In this document: in pieces, positions 16,065-24,477 of the stretch
How positions within the stretch are numbered: the first letter of the stretch is position 1
Layout of the letters: each line of letters begins with the position of its first letter
DNA from: Actinomycetota bacterium
GTDB taxonomy: Bacteria > Actinomycetota > Thermoleophilia > Gaiellales > Gaiellaceae
NCBI GenBank assembly: GCA_039648845.1
Contig: JBBWZE010000244.1
Location: 1 to 42,873, forward strand
DNA: 42,873 nt
Reading direction: 5' to 3'
Notes under the pieces: model-generated
What the model saw: the letters and a program-made list of their open reading frames with translations, nothing else
Databases searched by the model: none
Told to the model about the DNA's origin: nothing
Program-made: the position numbers and the translations under genes

Positions 16065-17342
16065 ATGCGCCTTGCCCTGCGCCTGCTGGTCCTGGCGATT
16101 CTGGCTGCGCTCGTCCTCCCCGGCCGCGCGGCGGCCGCCACCGAAACTCTCGTGCTGGAGACGTCACCCATCACGGTGACCGGCTTCGAGGTGGCGCGCG
16201 GGGCGCGTCTCGCGCCCTCGCCGCAGGTCGATGGATACGTCGTCGGGATGAGCGCCGAGGTCGTCGACGTCCTCGGGAATCCGGTCCCGATGCAGGACGT
16301 GATGCTCCATCACGTCGTCTTCGCGAAGGTGGGCGTGCCTGACTACACGTGCCCGGCGATCCAGGAATACTCGGGCAATACCTCGAGCCTCCGGGCCGAG
16401 CGGTTCTATGCCGAGGGCGAAGAGCATTTCGCCCTCTCGCTGCCCGAGGGCTACGGCTACCCCAACCGCGGATCGGACACGTGGGGACTCCTGTACATGC
16501 TGATGAATCATCACCCGCACACGATGGTGGTGCAGATCCGCTACACCGTCCGCTACGTCACGAGCGAGCCTCTCACGGCCGTCAAGCCCGTCTGGCTAGA
16601 CGTCAAGAACTGTCGGGCCGATCCCGTGTTCAGCGTGGCCGGGACCGGCAAGCCCGGCGCGACCGTGTCGCGCACCGCCGATTTCCGGCTGCCGGAAAGC
16701 GGCCGTTTCGTCGCCGCGGGAGGCCACCTGCACGGCGGCGGTGTCTCGCTGGATGTCAGTGACACGAGCTGTGGGTCGCTGTTCACCTCGTATCCGACCT
16801 GGGGCCTCGTTTTCCCGCGGCCGGTCCTGCACGAGCCGGGACCGCTGCACATGACGGGCTTCGCCGATCCTTTGGGTAGACCCGTCCGTGCGGGTGACAC
16901 CTTGCGGCTCACCGCGACCTACGACAACTCCCGCCCTCACGTCCGCGTGATGGGGATCATGATCCTCTACCTCGCGCCCGGCCCGGCTTCGTCCTGCGCT
17001 CCGTATACCTCGACGGTGCCCGCGCCTTCCACGGCCGAACGCGTCAACGTGGAGCTCCTCAAGAATCCCACCGGGCCGCTCCGCCGCAACGTCCGCAGCA
17101 CTTGGGTGGGCGACTACGCTTTCGGAGCGCAGCGTGTCGTGTTGCGCCGAGGGTCGGCCTTCACCTGGCGCTTCCGCGGCGGAGTCGACCACGACGTTAC
17201 GCTCGCAAGCGGCCCCGCGGGCTTCGCATCTCCGAGCATGCGCAGTGGCAGCTTTACGCACCGCTTCACCCGCCCCGGGACGTACCGCCTCTTCTGCTCT
17301 CTCCATCCGGCTCGCATGACCCAGCTCGTCATCGTCCGCTAA
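16065..17342 (+). CDS. Secreted copper protein: PHM/DBH-like (copper type II monooxygenase-like) two-domain core fused to a C-terminal type-1 cupredoxin domain
   Basis: ATG 16065 and signal peptide MRLALRLLVLAILAALVLPGRAAA. The ligand-like pattern is 'MLHHVVF' ... 'NHHPH' ... 'GHLHGGG' ... 'VMGIMILY', which parallels the PHM HH / H / HxH / M sites. The C-terminus '..VDHDV...YRLFCSLHPARM' fits the His/Cys/His/Met ligands of a blue-copper site. Confidence 0.6.
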   Translation: MRLALRLLVLAILAALVLPGRAAAATETLVLETSPITVTGFEVARGARLAPSPQVDGYVVGMSAEVVDVLGNPVPMQDVMLHHVVFAKVGVPDYTCPAIQEYSGNTSSLRAERFYAEGEEHFALSLPEGYGYPNRGSDTWGLLYMLMNHHPHTMVVQIRYTVRYVTSEPLTAVKPVWLDVKNCRADPVFSVAGTGKPGATVSRTADFRLPESGRFVAAGGHLHGGGVSLDVSDTSCGSLFTSYPTWGLVFPRPVLHEPGPLHMTGFADPLGRPVRAGDTLRLTATYDNSRPHVRVMGIMILYLAPGPASSCAPYTSTVPAPSTAERVNVELLKNPTGPLRRNVRSTWVGDYAFGAQRVVLRRGSAFTWRFRGGVDHDVTLASGPAGFASPSMRSGSFTHRFTRPGTYRLFCSLHPARMTQLVIVR

Positions 17343-17522
17343 ACCCGGACGGCCTCCGCGCCGATAACGAGACGAATGAGCGGCCAGCTTCTGCTTCCTT
17401 ACATGGCTCTTTGGGCCAGCCTGATGCGAGCGCTCCTCGTGCAGGCCAAGATCGTCCCCGCACTCTGCGGACGCTGCGGGCTCAAGCTCGAGCGTTCCGA
17501 GCTCGGTGAGGCAATCTGTCGT

Positions 17523-17546
17523 TGCGGCCGACATTAGGCGGCCGCA
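17523..17546. terminator. Hairpin downstream of the long minus-strand gene array (and of the plus-strand copper protein gene)
   Basis: TGCGGCCG-acattagg-CGGCCGCA, a perfect 8-bp stem. It lies 16 nt beyond the stop of the M24 gene (17562). There is no U-tract. Confidence 0.45.
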
Positions 17547-17561
17547 TCCACTCCGAGATCG

Positions 17562-18653
17562 CTAGCTCCGGGTTTCCCCCGACCGGAAGATCCGCATCGG
17601 CAGTCCCGCGAGCGGCTCGCCTCCAGCTGCCGTGACGAGCCACGTGTCCTGCATGTAGAGACAGTCCACCCCGTTGTCAGCAATGACATGCGGGTGCATC
17701 GAGAAGACCATGTTCTCTCGGAGCTCGGTCTCGACTCCCTCGCCGATCTTCGGATGCTCGATCATCGTCATGCCGATCGAGTGCCCCGTCACGTGACCCA
17801 GGTGATAGCCACGGTCGGTGAAGCCCTGCGAGACCGAGCGGTGCACGTCGTGAGCCGTTGCGCCCGGACGGAGAGCCGACTTTGCCGCCTCGAAGTACTC
17901 CTCGTAGGCCTCCAGCATCCGACTCACCTCGGCGTTGGGCTCGCCGATCGCGCGCGACACTTCGACCCAGTGGCCACCCGGACCGGCGATCTCGAGCGAC
18001 GGGACGCAGAAGTCACCGAGGATCGTGTCTGTGCGAGCCAGCGCGAACTCCGCCCCGACGAGCACCATGTTCATGGTCAGCCGACCACAGCCTTCTTCCA
18101 CGAAGAGCCGCTCCGCGGGAGCAAGAACCTCCGCCGCAGACCTCCCCGGACGGTATCCCTCCAGGAAAGCCCAGAATCCCTCCGTATTGATGCGAACAGA
18201 GTCGCGCACGGACTCGATCTCCTTCGCGCTCTTGACCGCGCGGGCCAGATCGAACTCGACCTCGAACGGCACGAACTCGACGCGCAGGTGCGTGGCTTCG
18301 AAGTCCCGGACGGCCATCACGTAGTCGAGCCCATACACACCCACGCGCTGCGCGGCCAGGCGGTCGCCGATGTACTTGCCGGGCCGCTCCGCGAAGACCT
18401 GGTCCTCGATCCACGACTTCCCGTGCTCTCCGACGTACCGGGCCTCGGCCGGAAAGATGATCGTCGGGTCGCCTTCGCGCGGCAACAGGACGTACGCATA
18501 GCGGTGGACGATCACGAAGCCGGACATGTACGTGACCGCGCCCTCGAAGCCGGTGTACTCGGAGCCGCAGACGAGCACGGCGTCCAGCTGCTGCTCCGCC
18601 ATCACTGCGCGGACGAGCCCGTAGCGGCGATCGATCTCCTCGCGGCTCACCAT
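17562..18653 (-). CDS. M24-family metallopeptidase (Xaa-Pro peptidase / creatinase-like)
   Basis: 363 aa with a creatinase-like N-domain and a pita-bread C-domain: 'HDVHRSVSQGFTDRGYHLGHVTGHSIGMTMIEHPKI' and 'ENMVFSMHPHV'. The start overlaps the preceding stop (ATGGTGA). Confidence 0.8.
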   Translation of the reverse strand: MVSREEIDRRYGLVRAVMAEQQLDAVLVCGSEYTGFEGAVTYMSGFVIVHRYAYVLLPREGDPTIIFPAEARYVGEHGKSWIEDQVFAERPGKYIGDRLAAQRVGVYGLDYVMAVRDFEATHLRVEFVPFEVEFDLARAVKSAKEIESVRDSVRINTEGFWAFLEGYRPGRSAAEVLAPAERLFVEEGCGRLTMNMVLVGAEFALARTDTILGDFCVPSLEIAGPGGHWVEVSRAIGEPNAEVSRMLEAYEEYFEAAKSALRPGATAHDVHRSVSQGFTDRGYHLGHVTGHSIGMTMIEHPKIGEGVETELRENMVFSMHPHVIADNGVDCLYMQDTWLVTAAGGEPLAGLPMRIFRSGETRS

Positions 18654-19561
18654 GATTCCTCCAACCCTTTCACGAGTGACCAGAGGGCACGGTTCAACGG
18701 CGTCGCGACGCCCTGCTCTTCGCCGAAACGGACGATGCCGCCATTCAGGTAGTCGATCTCCGTCGGGCGGTGCGCCTCGACATCCTGGAGCATCGACGCC
18801 TTGTGGTCGTAGGCGACCTCTGGCTTAGCGGCGTGGTCGATCAGGTCCTCCGGATCGGCATCGAGCTCGATTCCCTGTGCGGCCGCGACGGCCTTGCCCT
18901 CGTCCACCAGGCCGGTGACGAGCCGCCGAAGCTCAGGGTCCCCGCACACACGCCCGTGCGTCAACCGTGTGAGCGCGCCGACCGGATTCGTTGCGGCGTT
19001 GAAGATCACCTTGCGCCACTGCGGTCCACGCGCATCTCGTACCGCCGTCGTCGGCATCCCCGCCCGGGTACAGGCCTCGGCGAGTCGCTCGATCTCCTCG
19101 AAAGGAGCTGGTCGCGGCTCGAACGGTCCGAGTGTCGTGTCGCCTTTGACGTCCCACTGGACGCGCCCCGGCCCGAGCAGCTTTCCCGCTGGGAAGGTCG
19201 TGCCGCGAATGACGCGCTCCGCGTATTTTGCGATCGCTTCCTCGTTACCCAGGCCGTTCTGGACGGTGGCCACACATCCGCCCGCGAACGCGGCTGCCGT
19301 TGCCTCGACTGCAGCCGCGGTGTGCATCGCCTTCGTGGCCACGATGCCGAAGTCGCACGCCGGGAGCGCGGCCGGGTCCGAGGTGGCCGTCAGTCGGCCC
19401 AGCACATCGCCTGCCCCGCTGAGCCGCAGCCCAGCTCGATTGATCGCGTCGACGTGCTCCCCCGAGAGGTCGTAAGCCCAGACTTCGACGTCGTCCAGCC
19501 CGGCAAGATTCGCAGCGAAGAGCGAGCCGACGGCCCCGCAGCCGACGACACAGACTCTCAC
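18647..19561 (-). CDS. 2-dehydropantoate 2-reductase family (PanE/ApbA-like) oxidoreductase, copy 2 (304 aa)
   Basis: GTG start at 19559-19561 overlaps the upstream TGA (GTGA). It has the Rossmann motif 'VCVVGCGAVGSLFA', plus 'ATK' and 'SMLQDVEAHRPTEIDYLNG' typical of the family. The track ORF runs on to 20134. Confidence 0.8.
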   Translation of the reverse strand: MRVCVVGCGAVGSLFAANLAGLDDVEVWAYDLSGEHVDAINRAGLRLSGAGDVLGRLTATSDPAALPACDFGIVATKAMHTAAAVEATAAAFAGGCVATVQNGLGNEEAIAKYAERVIRGTTFPAGKLLGPGRVQWDVKGDTTLGPFEPRPAPFEEIERLAEACTRAGMPTTAVRDARGPQWRKVIFNAATNPVGALTRLTHGRVCGDPELRRLVTGLVDEGKAVAAAQGIELDADPEDLIDHAAKPEVAYDHKASMLQDVEAHRPTEIDYLNGGIVRFGEEQGVATPLNRALWSLVKGLEESW

Positions 19562-20472
19562 GAGTAGGACCCCTCTCTGCCTGCGACGAGCCGGTAGAGA
19601 GCGTTCTGCAGCGGAGCGCCGATCCCATGACGGTCCGCCTCTCGGACGAGTGCGCCGTTGATCAGCTCGACCTCGGTCGGTCGCCGAGCCTCGACGTCCT
19701 CGAGCATCGACGGATAGTGCGCGCTCCCGCGCTTGGTGGCGAGGACGTTCATCTCCCAGGGGTCGTCGTATAACGCGACACCCTCTGCTGCGGCTATACG
19801 CTTGCCCTCGTCGACGAGAGCGTGGACGAGGTGGCCGAGATCGGACTCGACGCTCTCTGCGGCGAAGTGCGCATCGTGCGGCAATCCGGTCAAGGCGGCG
19901 ACACCGTTGACGGTCGCGTTGAAGATCAGCTTCGACCATTGCGCTGGGCGCAAGTCGGGCAAAGCCTTCGCCTCGAGCCCCGATTCGACCAACAGCCCGG
20001 CGAGATCCTGCACGCGCTCGAACGGCGTCGACCCGTACGGCCCGAGCCACGTCGGCGTGTCGAGGATGTACTCCACATGCGTATCGGAATGCTTGGTGCC
20101 ACTCATGAACGTCACCGCCGAGATCAGGGGCCATTTGCCGTGACGACGGACGATCTCCTCTGCACCGAGGCCATTCTGGACCGTCATGATCGTCGCAGCA
20201 GGGAAGTGGCCGGTCAGTGACGCGGCCGCGTCCTCTACACCGTTTGCCTTCGTCGCAATGATCCCGACGTCGAACTCAGGCAGTTCGCGCGGGTCGGCCG
20301 CCGCTGTCACCCGCGCGGTGAAGTCATGCCGGCCGCTGACCCGGACCCCGCGGTCGTTCAGCTCCTGCGCGTGTTCTTTGCGACGCGTGAGCACGAGCAC
20401 ATCCGCAACCTTCGCGAGATGCGCGGCGAAGAGGCTGCCGATCGCGCCCATACCTATGACGCACACCCTCAC
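19558..20472 (-). CDS. 2-dehydropantoate 2-reductase family (PanE/ApbA-like) oxidoreductase, copy 1 (304 aa)
   Basis: 'RVCVIGMGAIGSLFAAHLA', 'IIATKA' and 'SMLEDVEARRPTEVELINGALV'. The GTG start overlaps the upstream TGA. Confidence 0.8.
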   Translation of the reverse strand: MRVCVIGMGAIGSLFAAHLAKVADVLVLTRRKEHAQELNDRGVRVSGRHDFTARVTAAADPRELPEFDVGIIATKANGVEDAAASLTGHFPAATIMTVQNGLGAEEIVRRHGKWPLISAVTFMSGTKHSDTHVEYILDTPTWLGPYGSTPFERVQDLAGLLVESGLEAKALPDLRPAQWSKLIFNATVNGVAALTGLPHDAHFAAESVESDLGHLVHALVDEGKRIAAAEGVALYDDPWEMNVLATKRGSAHYPSMLEDVEARRPTEVELINGALVREADRHGIGAPLQNALYRLVAGREGSYS

Positions 20473-21953
20473 GCGAATTTTGTGCGGAGATACTTTAGAT
20501 ACGGCTCGGGATCGATACCGGATCCAGTCACACGACGCAGCAGCTCAGGCGGTGGGTATCTGCTGCCGTGGCGATAGATCTGCTCGCTCAACCACTCACG
20601 CAGCGGCCCGAATTCACCGCGGGAAAACTGCTCGTCGAGCTCTCCGAGCGCCGCGCGGGCGACCTCCCAGATCTGCACCGAGATGATGTTGCCGAGCTGG
20701 TAGGTCGGGAAATACCCGAACAGTCCGGCCGACCAATGCATGTCCTGGAGGACGCCGTGCGCGTCGTCCGAAACCTCAACGCCGAGGCATTCCTTCATGC
20801 GGGCGTTCCAGACCTCCGGCAGGTCAGCGGCCGCAACCGTGCCGGCGAGCAGCTCTCGTTCGAGCTCGAACCGCATGATGATGTGGAGCCCGTAGGTCAC
20901 CTCGTCCGCATCGCCGCGGATCAGCCCTGGCCGCACCGCGCTGACCGAGCGAACGAAGGAGGGCTCGTCGACACCTCCGAGTGCGTCGGGGAAGAGGGCC
21001 CGCAGCTGCGGATAGAACCAGTGCCAAAAGCCCGGGCTCCGCCCGACGAGGTTCTCCCAGGTCCGGCTCTGCGATTCGTGGATCGCGCTCGACGTCCCGC
21101 GGCCGAGCGGCGTTCGTGCGAAAGAAGGGTCGATGTCGAATTCGTAGACGCCGTGCCCGAACTCGTGCATTGTCGAAAAAAGCGACGTGAGATCCCCCTC
21201 GTCCGTGTGAGTTGTCAGACGGATGTCGCCGGCGCCCGGCTTGGCCGCGAAGGGGTGCGGCGTCTCGTCGAGCCGCCAGGACTCTCGGTCGTAGCCGAAT
21301 GACTCCAGCACGAGCTGGCCCGCCTCCCGCTGCCGCCCGACGGGAAACGGGCCCGCGACGTCCTCGACCGAGTCGCCGCGATGCCGGTCGACGAGCTGCA
21401 CTAGCTCACCTTTCAGCCGTCCGAAGATCTCCTCGACCTGAGCTGTCGTGAGACCCTCCTCGTACTCGTCGAGGAGAACGTCGTAAGGATCGTCCGTCTC
21501 GGGAAAACACGCGATATAGCGGCGCTTGAGCTCGAGTTGACGCTCGAGATGGGGCCTGAAGGACTCGAAGTCCGACGCGGCTTTCGCGTCGTCCCACGCG
21601 GCTACGGCAACGCCGCTTGCCTGGACCATCTCGCCCACGAGCTCCAACGGGATCCGACTTGCTCGCTCCCACTCGCGCCGCGTGATCCGGATCAGCGCTC
21701 CCTCGACCGATTCCGGATCGTGGTCGGCGGGAACAAGGTCGGCCAAAAGCTCCCCCACATCGTCCGAGACGAAGCGTGCATGGGCGAGCTGGGTGACCGT
21801 CGACGCCACGTCGGCACGAGCCGCAGCGCCTGCGCGAGGCATCGACACGCGTGAGTCCCATTCAAGGATCTGTTGCGCGTGCGCGAGATCCGCAACCTCC
21901 GCCAGGACGGTCTTCAGCCGTTCGAGCTGCGGCGATTGGGTCTCGAGCGTCAA
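20469..21953 (-). CDS. M32 carboxypeptidase (carboxypeptidase Taq family), copy 2 (494 aa)
   Basis: 'HEFGHGVYE' (HExxH), 'HESQSRTWEN', 'DIRLTT' and 'VLQDMHWS'. The TTG start at 21951-21953 overlaps the upstream TGA (TTGA), and the N-terminus aligns with copy 1. The track ORF runs on to 22088. Confidence 0.85.
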   Translation of the reverse strand: MTLETQSPQLERLKTVLAEVADLAHAQQILEWDSRVSMPRAGAAARADVASTVTQLAHARFVSDDVGELLADLVPADHDPESVEGALIRITRREWERASRIPLELVGEMVQASGVAVAAWDDAKAASDFESFRPHLERQLELKRRYIACFPETDDPYDVLLDEYEEGLTTAQVEEIFGRLKGELVQLVDRHRGDSVEDVAGPFPVGRQREAGQLVLESFGYDRESWRLDETPHPFAAKPGAGDIRLTTHTDEGDLTSLFSTMHEFGHGVYEFDIDPSFARTPLGRGTSSAIHESQSRTWENLVGRSPGFWHWFYPQLRALFPDALGGVDEPSFVRSVSAVRPGLIRGDADEVTYGLHIIMRFELERELLAGTVAAADLPEVWNARMKECLGVEVSDDAHGVLQDMHWSAGLFGYFPTYQLGNIISVQIWEVARAALGELDEQFSRGEFGPLREWLSEQIYRHGSRYPPPELLRRVTGSGIDPEPYLKYLRTKFA

Positions 21954-23449
21954 ACGGCCTGAGGGGCGAGCTTCTCGCGGAGGTACCGCACGTACGGTTT
22001 CGCATCGATCGGCCCGCCGGTCACCCGCTGCATGGTCTCCTGCGGCGTGAACTTTCGTCCCAGCCGGTAGAGGTGCTCCCGGAGCCATTCCCGCAGCTCG
22101 CCGAACTCACCCTGCTCGAAGCGCTCGTCGGGGTCGCCGAGGTCTTCCTTCGCCCGCTCCCAGATCTGCACCGAGATCACGTTCCCGAGCGCGTAGGTCG
22201 GGAAGTAACCGAATCCACCCGCCGCCCAGTGCATGTCCTGGAGCACGCCACGCGCGTCGTCGGGAACCTCAACCCCGAGGTACTCGTGCATCTTCGCGTT
22301 CCAGGCCGCGGGCAGATCCGCGACGGCGACGCGGCCCTCGATCAGGTCCTGCTCGAGCTCGAAGCGGAGGATGATGTGCAGGTTGTAGGTCACCTCATCC
22401 GCGTCGATGCGGATGAGAGACGGCTGCACCTTGTTCACCGCCCGGTAGAACGCTTCCTCATCCACGGAGCCCAACTGCGACTGGAACGTCTCCTGCAGCC
22501 GCGGATAGAAGTAGCGCCAGAACGAGCGGCTACGCCCAACGAGGTTCTCCCAGGTCCTGCTTTGAGACTCGTGCAGGCCGAGCGAGACTCCCGAGTGGAG
22601 TGGTGTTCTCGCGAGTGACTCGTCGACTCCCAACTCGTATATCCCGTGGCCGAACTCGTGCATCGTGGCGAAGAGTGAGGTGAGATCGTCGGCGCGGAAG
22701 TTCGTGGTGAGGCGGATGTCGCGGTGGCCCGGAGTGGTCATGAACGGGTGCAGCGTCGGGTCGAGCCGCCACTCGTCGTCCGTGTAGCCGAAACGTCGCA
22801 GGACGTCGAAGCTGAAGACCCGCTGTGCGTCCTGGTCGAACTCCCCATGCAAGAAGGAGTCGTCGATCTCTCCGGCTTCGCCGATCTCCTGAATCAGGGG
22901 CACCAGCTCCTCCTTGAGCTCGTCGAAGATCTCACGCACCTCCGCCGTCTTCATGTTCGGCTCGAAGTTGTCGAGCAGGACGTCATACGTCTCGTCGGGC
23001 GGATCGAAGCACTCGACGTAGCGGTGGCGCAGCTCCAGATTTTTCTCGATGTGCGGTCGCAGCGCTTCGAAGTTCGACTCTTCCCTTGCAGGCCCCCAGG
23101 CCGCGAGAGCGAGCGTTGAGGCCCGACTGATTTCCCCTACGAGCTCCGGCGGGACGCGCGTGGCCTTCTCGTAGTCGCGCCGCGTGACGCGGATCAGGCT
23201 CGCCTCGAAGGAGTCGTAGTCCGAGCTCTCCTCCACCCCCCGAAGGTTTTCGAGCAGTCTTCCGATCTCGTCCGTGACGAATCGCTCCTGCGCGAGACGG
23301 CTGACGGTCGCCGTCGCCTCGGCGCGGGCCGCGGCGCCACCGGGGGGCATCATCACGCGCTGGTCCCAGAACAGCAGGGTGGCCGCCTTGGTCAGGTCCT
23401 GCGTCTCGGCGAGTCGCTCCTTCAGTTGCTCGAACTTCGGATTGGTCAT
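21950..23449 (-). CDS. M32 carboxypeptidase (carboxypeptidase Taq family), copy 1 (499 aa)
   Basis: ATG at 23447-23449 (MTNPKFEQLKERL...) overlaps the livM-like stop (ATGA). Motifs are 'HEFGHGIYE', 'HESQSRTWEN' and 'VLQDMHWA'. The track ORF (883 aa) is run-through. Confidence 0.9.
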   Translation of the reverse strand: MTNPKFEQLKERLAETQDLTKAATLLFWDQRVMMPPGGAAARAEATATVSRLAQERFVTDEIGRLLENLRGVEESSDYDSFEASLIRVTRRDYEKATRVPPELVGEISRASTLALAAWGPAREESNFEALRPHIEKNLELRHRYVECFDPPDETYDVLLDNFEPNMKTAEVREIFDELKEELVPLIQEIGEAGEIDDSFLHGEFDQDAQRVFSFDVLRRFGYTDDEWRLDPTLHPFMTTPGHRDIRLTTNFRADDLTSLFATMHEFGHGIYELGVDESLARTPLHSGVSLGLHESQSRTWENLVGRSRSFWRYFYPRLQETFQSQLGSVDEEAFYRAVNKVQPSLIRIDADEVTYNLHIILRFELEQDLIEGRVAVADLPAAWNAKMHEYLGVEVPDDARGVLQDMHWAAGGFGYFPTYALGNVISVQIWERAKEDLGDPDERFEQGEFGELREWLREHLYRLGRKFTPQETMQRVTGGPIDAKPYVRYLREKLAPQAV

Positions 23450-24477
23450 TTGGCGAACTTTGTCAGAACGCGCAGAGGCCGGCGCTGACGAAACGCGAGC
23501 TCCCGACCGCCGGTGAGCCCCGCAGGACGGAGGATCAGGACGAGGGCCATCAGTGCCCCGACGACCACGATCCGGGTGCCGGCCGGCAGGTCGAGCGACT
23601 GCCCGAAGACGTGGATGCCGCTCTCCGCCTCCGCCAGGAACGAGTCGACGGCGCTGACGGCGAGCGCTCCCACGACTGCACCCCAGAGGCTGGTCGCGCC
23701 GCCGATCACCAGCATCGCCAGCGTGATGAACGTGAGATCGAGATAGACGGACTCGGTGTTCACGGGGAGCAGGTGCACGTAGAGCCCGCCGGCGAACCCG
23801 GCCAGCGTGCCCGAGAGTACGAACGCGATCAGCCGCTGGCGATAGACGGACACGCCGACCGCGCGCGCCGCGGTCGCGTCTTCGCGGGTCGCGCCCAGCA
23901 GCCTCCCGAACCGGCTCCGTCTGTAAGCGAAGGCGACGACCACGGCGAGCATGGCCCCGAGGGAGGCTTGCAAGAGGCCTGTCGTCTCCGGGACGGCGGA
24001 GAACGTGTTCAGTCCAGGCCCGATCTTCTCCCAGTAGCGCAGAACGTTGTGCGTGATCTCGAGAACACCGAACGTCGCGATGCCGGCTCCCAGGCCGGAG
24101 AGGCGCATCAGCGGCAGGCCGACGACGAGCGCGTAGGCGGCGCCGACCGCGGCCGCGAGCGCGAGTGACCAGACGTTGCCGAGCGTGTGATCGCGAAGCA
24201 GGCTCGCGAGGTGCGGCATGATCGCGGGCTTTTCTTCCACCGGCATCGAGAGCACACCGGCGGCCCACGCGCCGACGGCCACGAAGCTGATGTGCCCGAA
24301 AGAGAGCACGCCTGAGTTGCCGATGAAGACGTAGAGCGCAACGACGATCGCCACGTTGACGAGCGCGTTGATCACGTAGGTCTCCGCCGACGTCGAGACG
24401 ATCATTCCGACGAGCGCGGCGATGCCGATCAGCGCGATCGGGCCGAGCAGCTGCAGCACCGGGTCGACGCGCCTCAC
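23446..24477 (-). CDS. livM: Branched-chain amino acid (HAAT family) ABC transporter permease, LivM-like
   Basis: 343 aa, polytopic, with 'GVLSFGHISFVAVGAW' and 'REDATAARAVGVSVYRQRLIAFVLSGTLAGFAGGLY' typical of LivM. The GTG start overlaps the livH stop. Confidence 0.85.
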   Translation of the reverse strand: MRRVDPVLQLLGPIALIGIAALVGMIVSTSAETYVINALVNVAIVVALYVFIGNSGVLSFGHISFVAVGAWAAGVLSMPVEEKPAIMPHLASLLRDHTLGNVWSLALAAAVGAAYALVVGLPLMRLSGLGAGIATFGVLEITHNVLRYWEKIGPGLNTFSAVPETTGLLQASLGAMLAVVVAFAYRRSRFGRLLGATREDATAARAVGVSVYRQRLIAFVLSGTLAGFAGGLYVHLLPVNTESVYLDLTFITLAMLVIGGATSLWGAVVGALAVSAVDSFLAEAESGIHVFGQSLDLPAGTRIVVVGALMALVLILRPAGLTGGRELAFRQRRPLRVLTKFAK

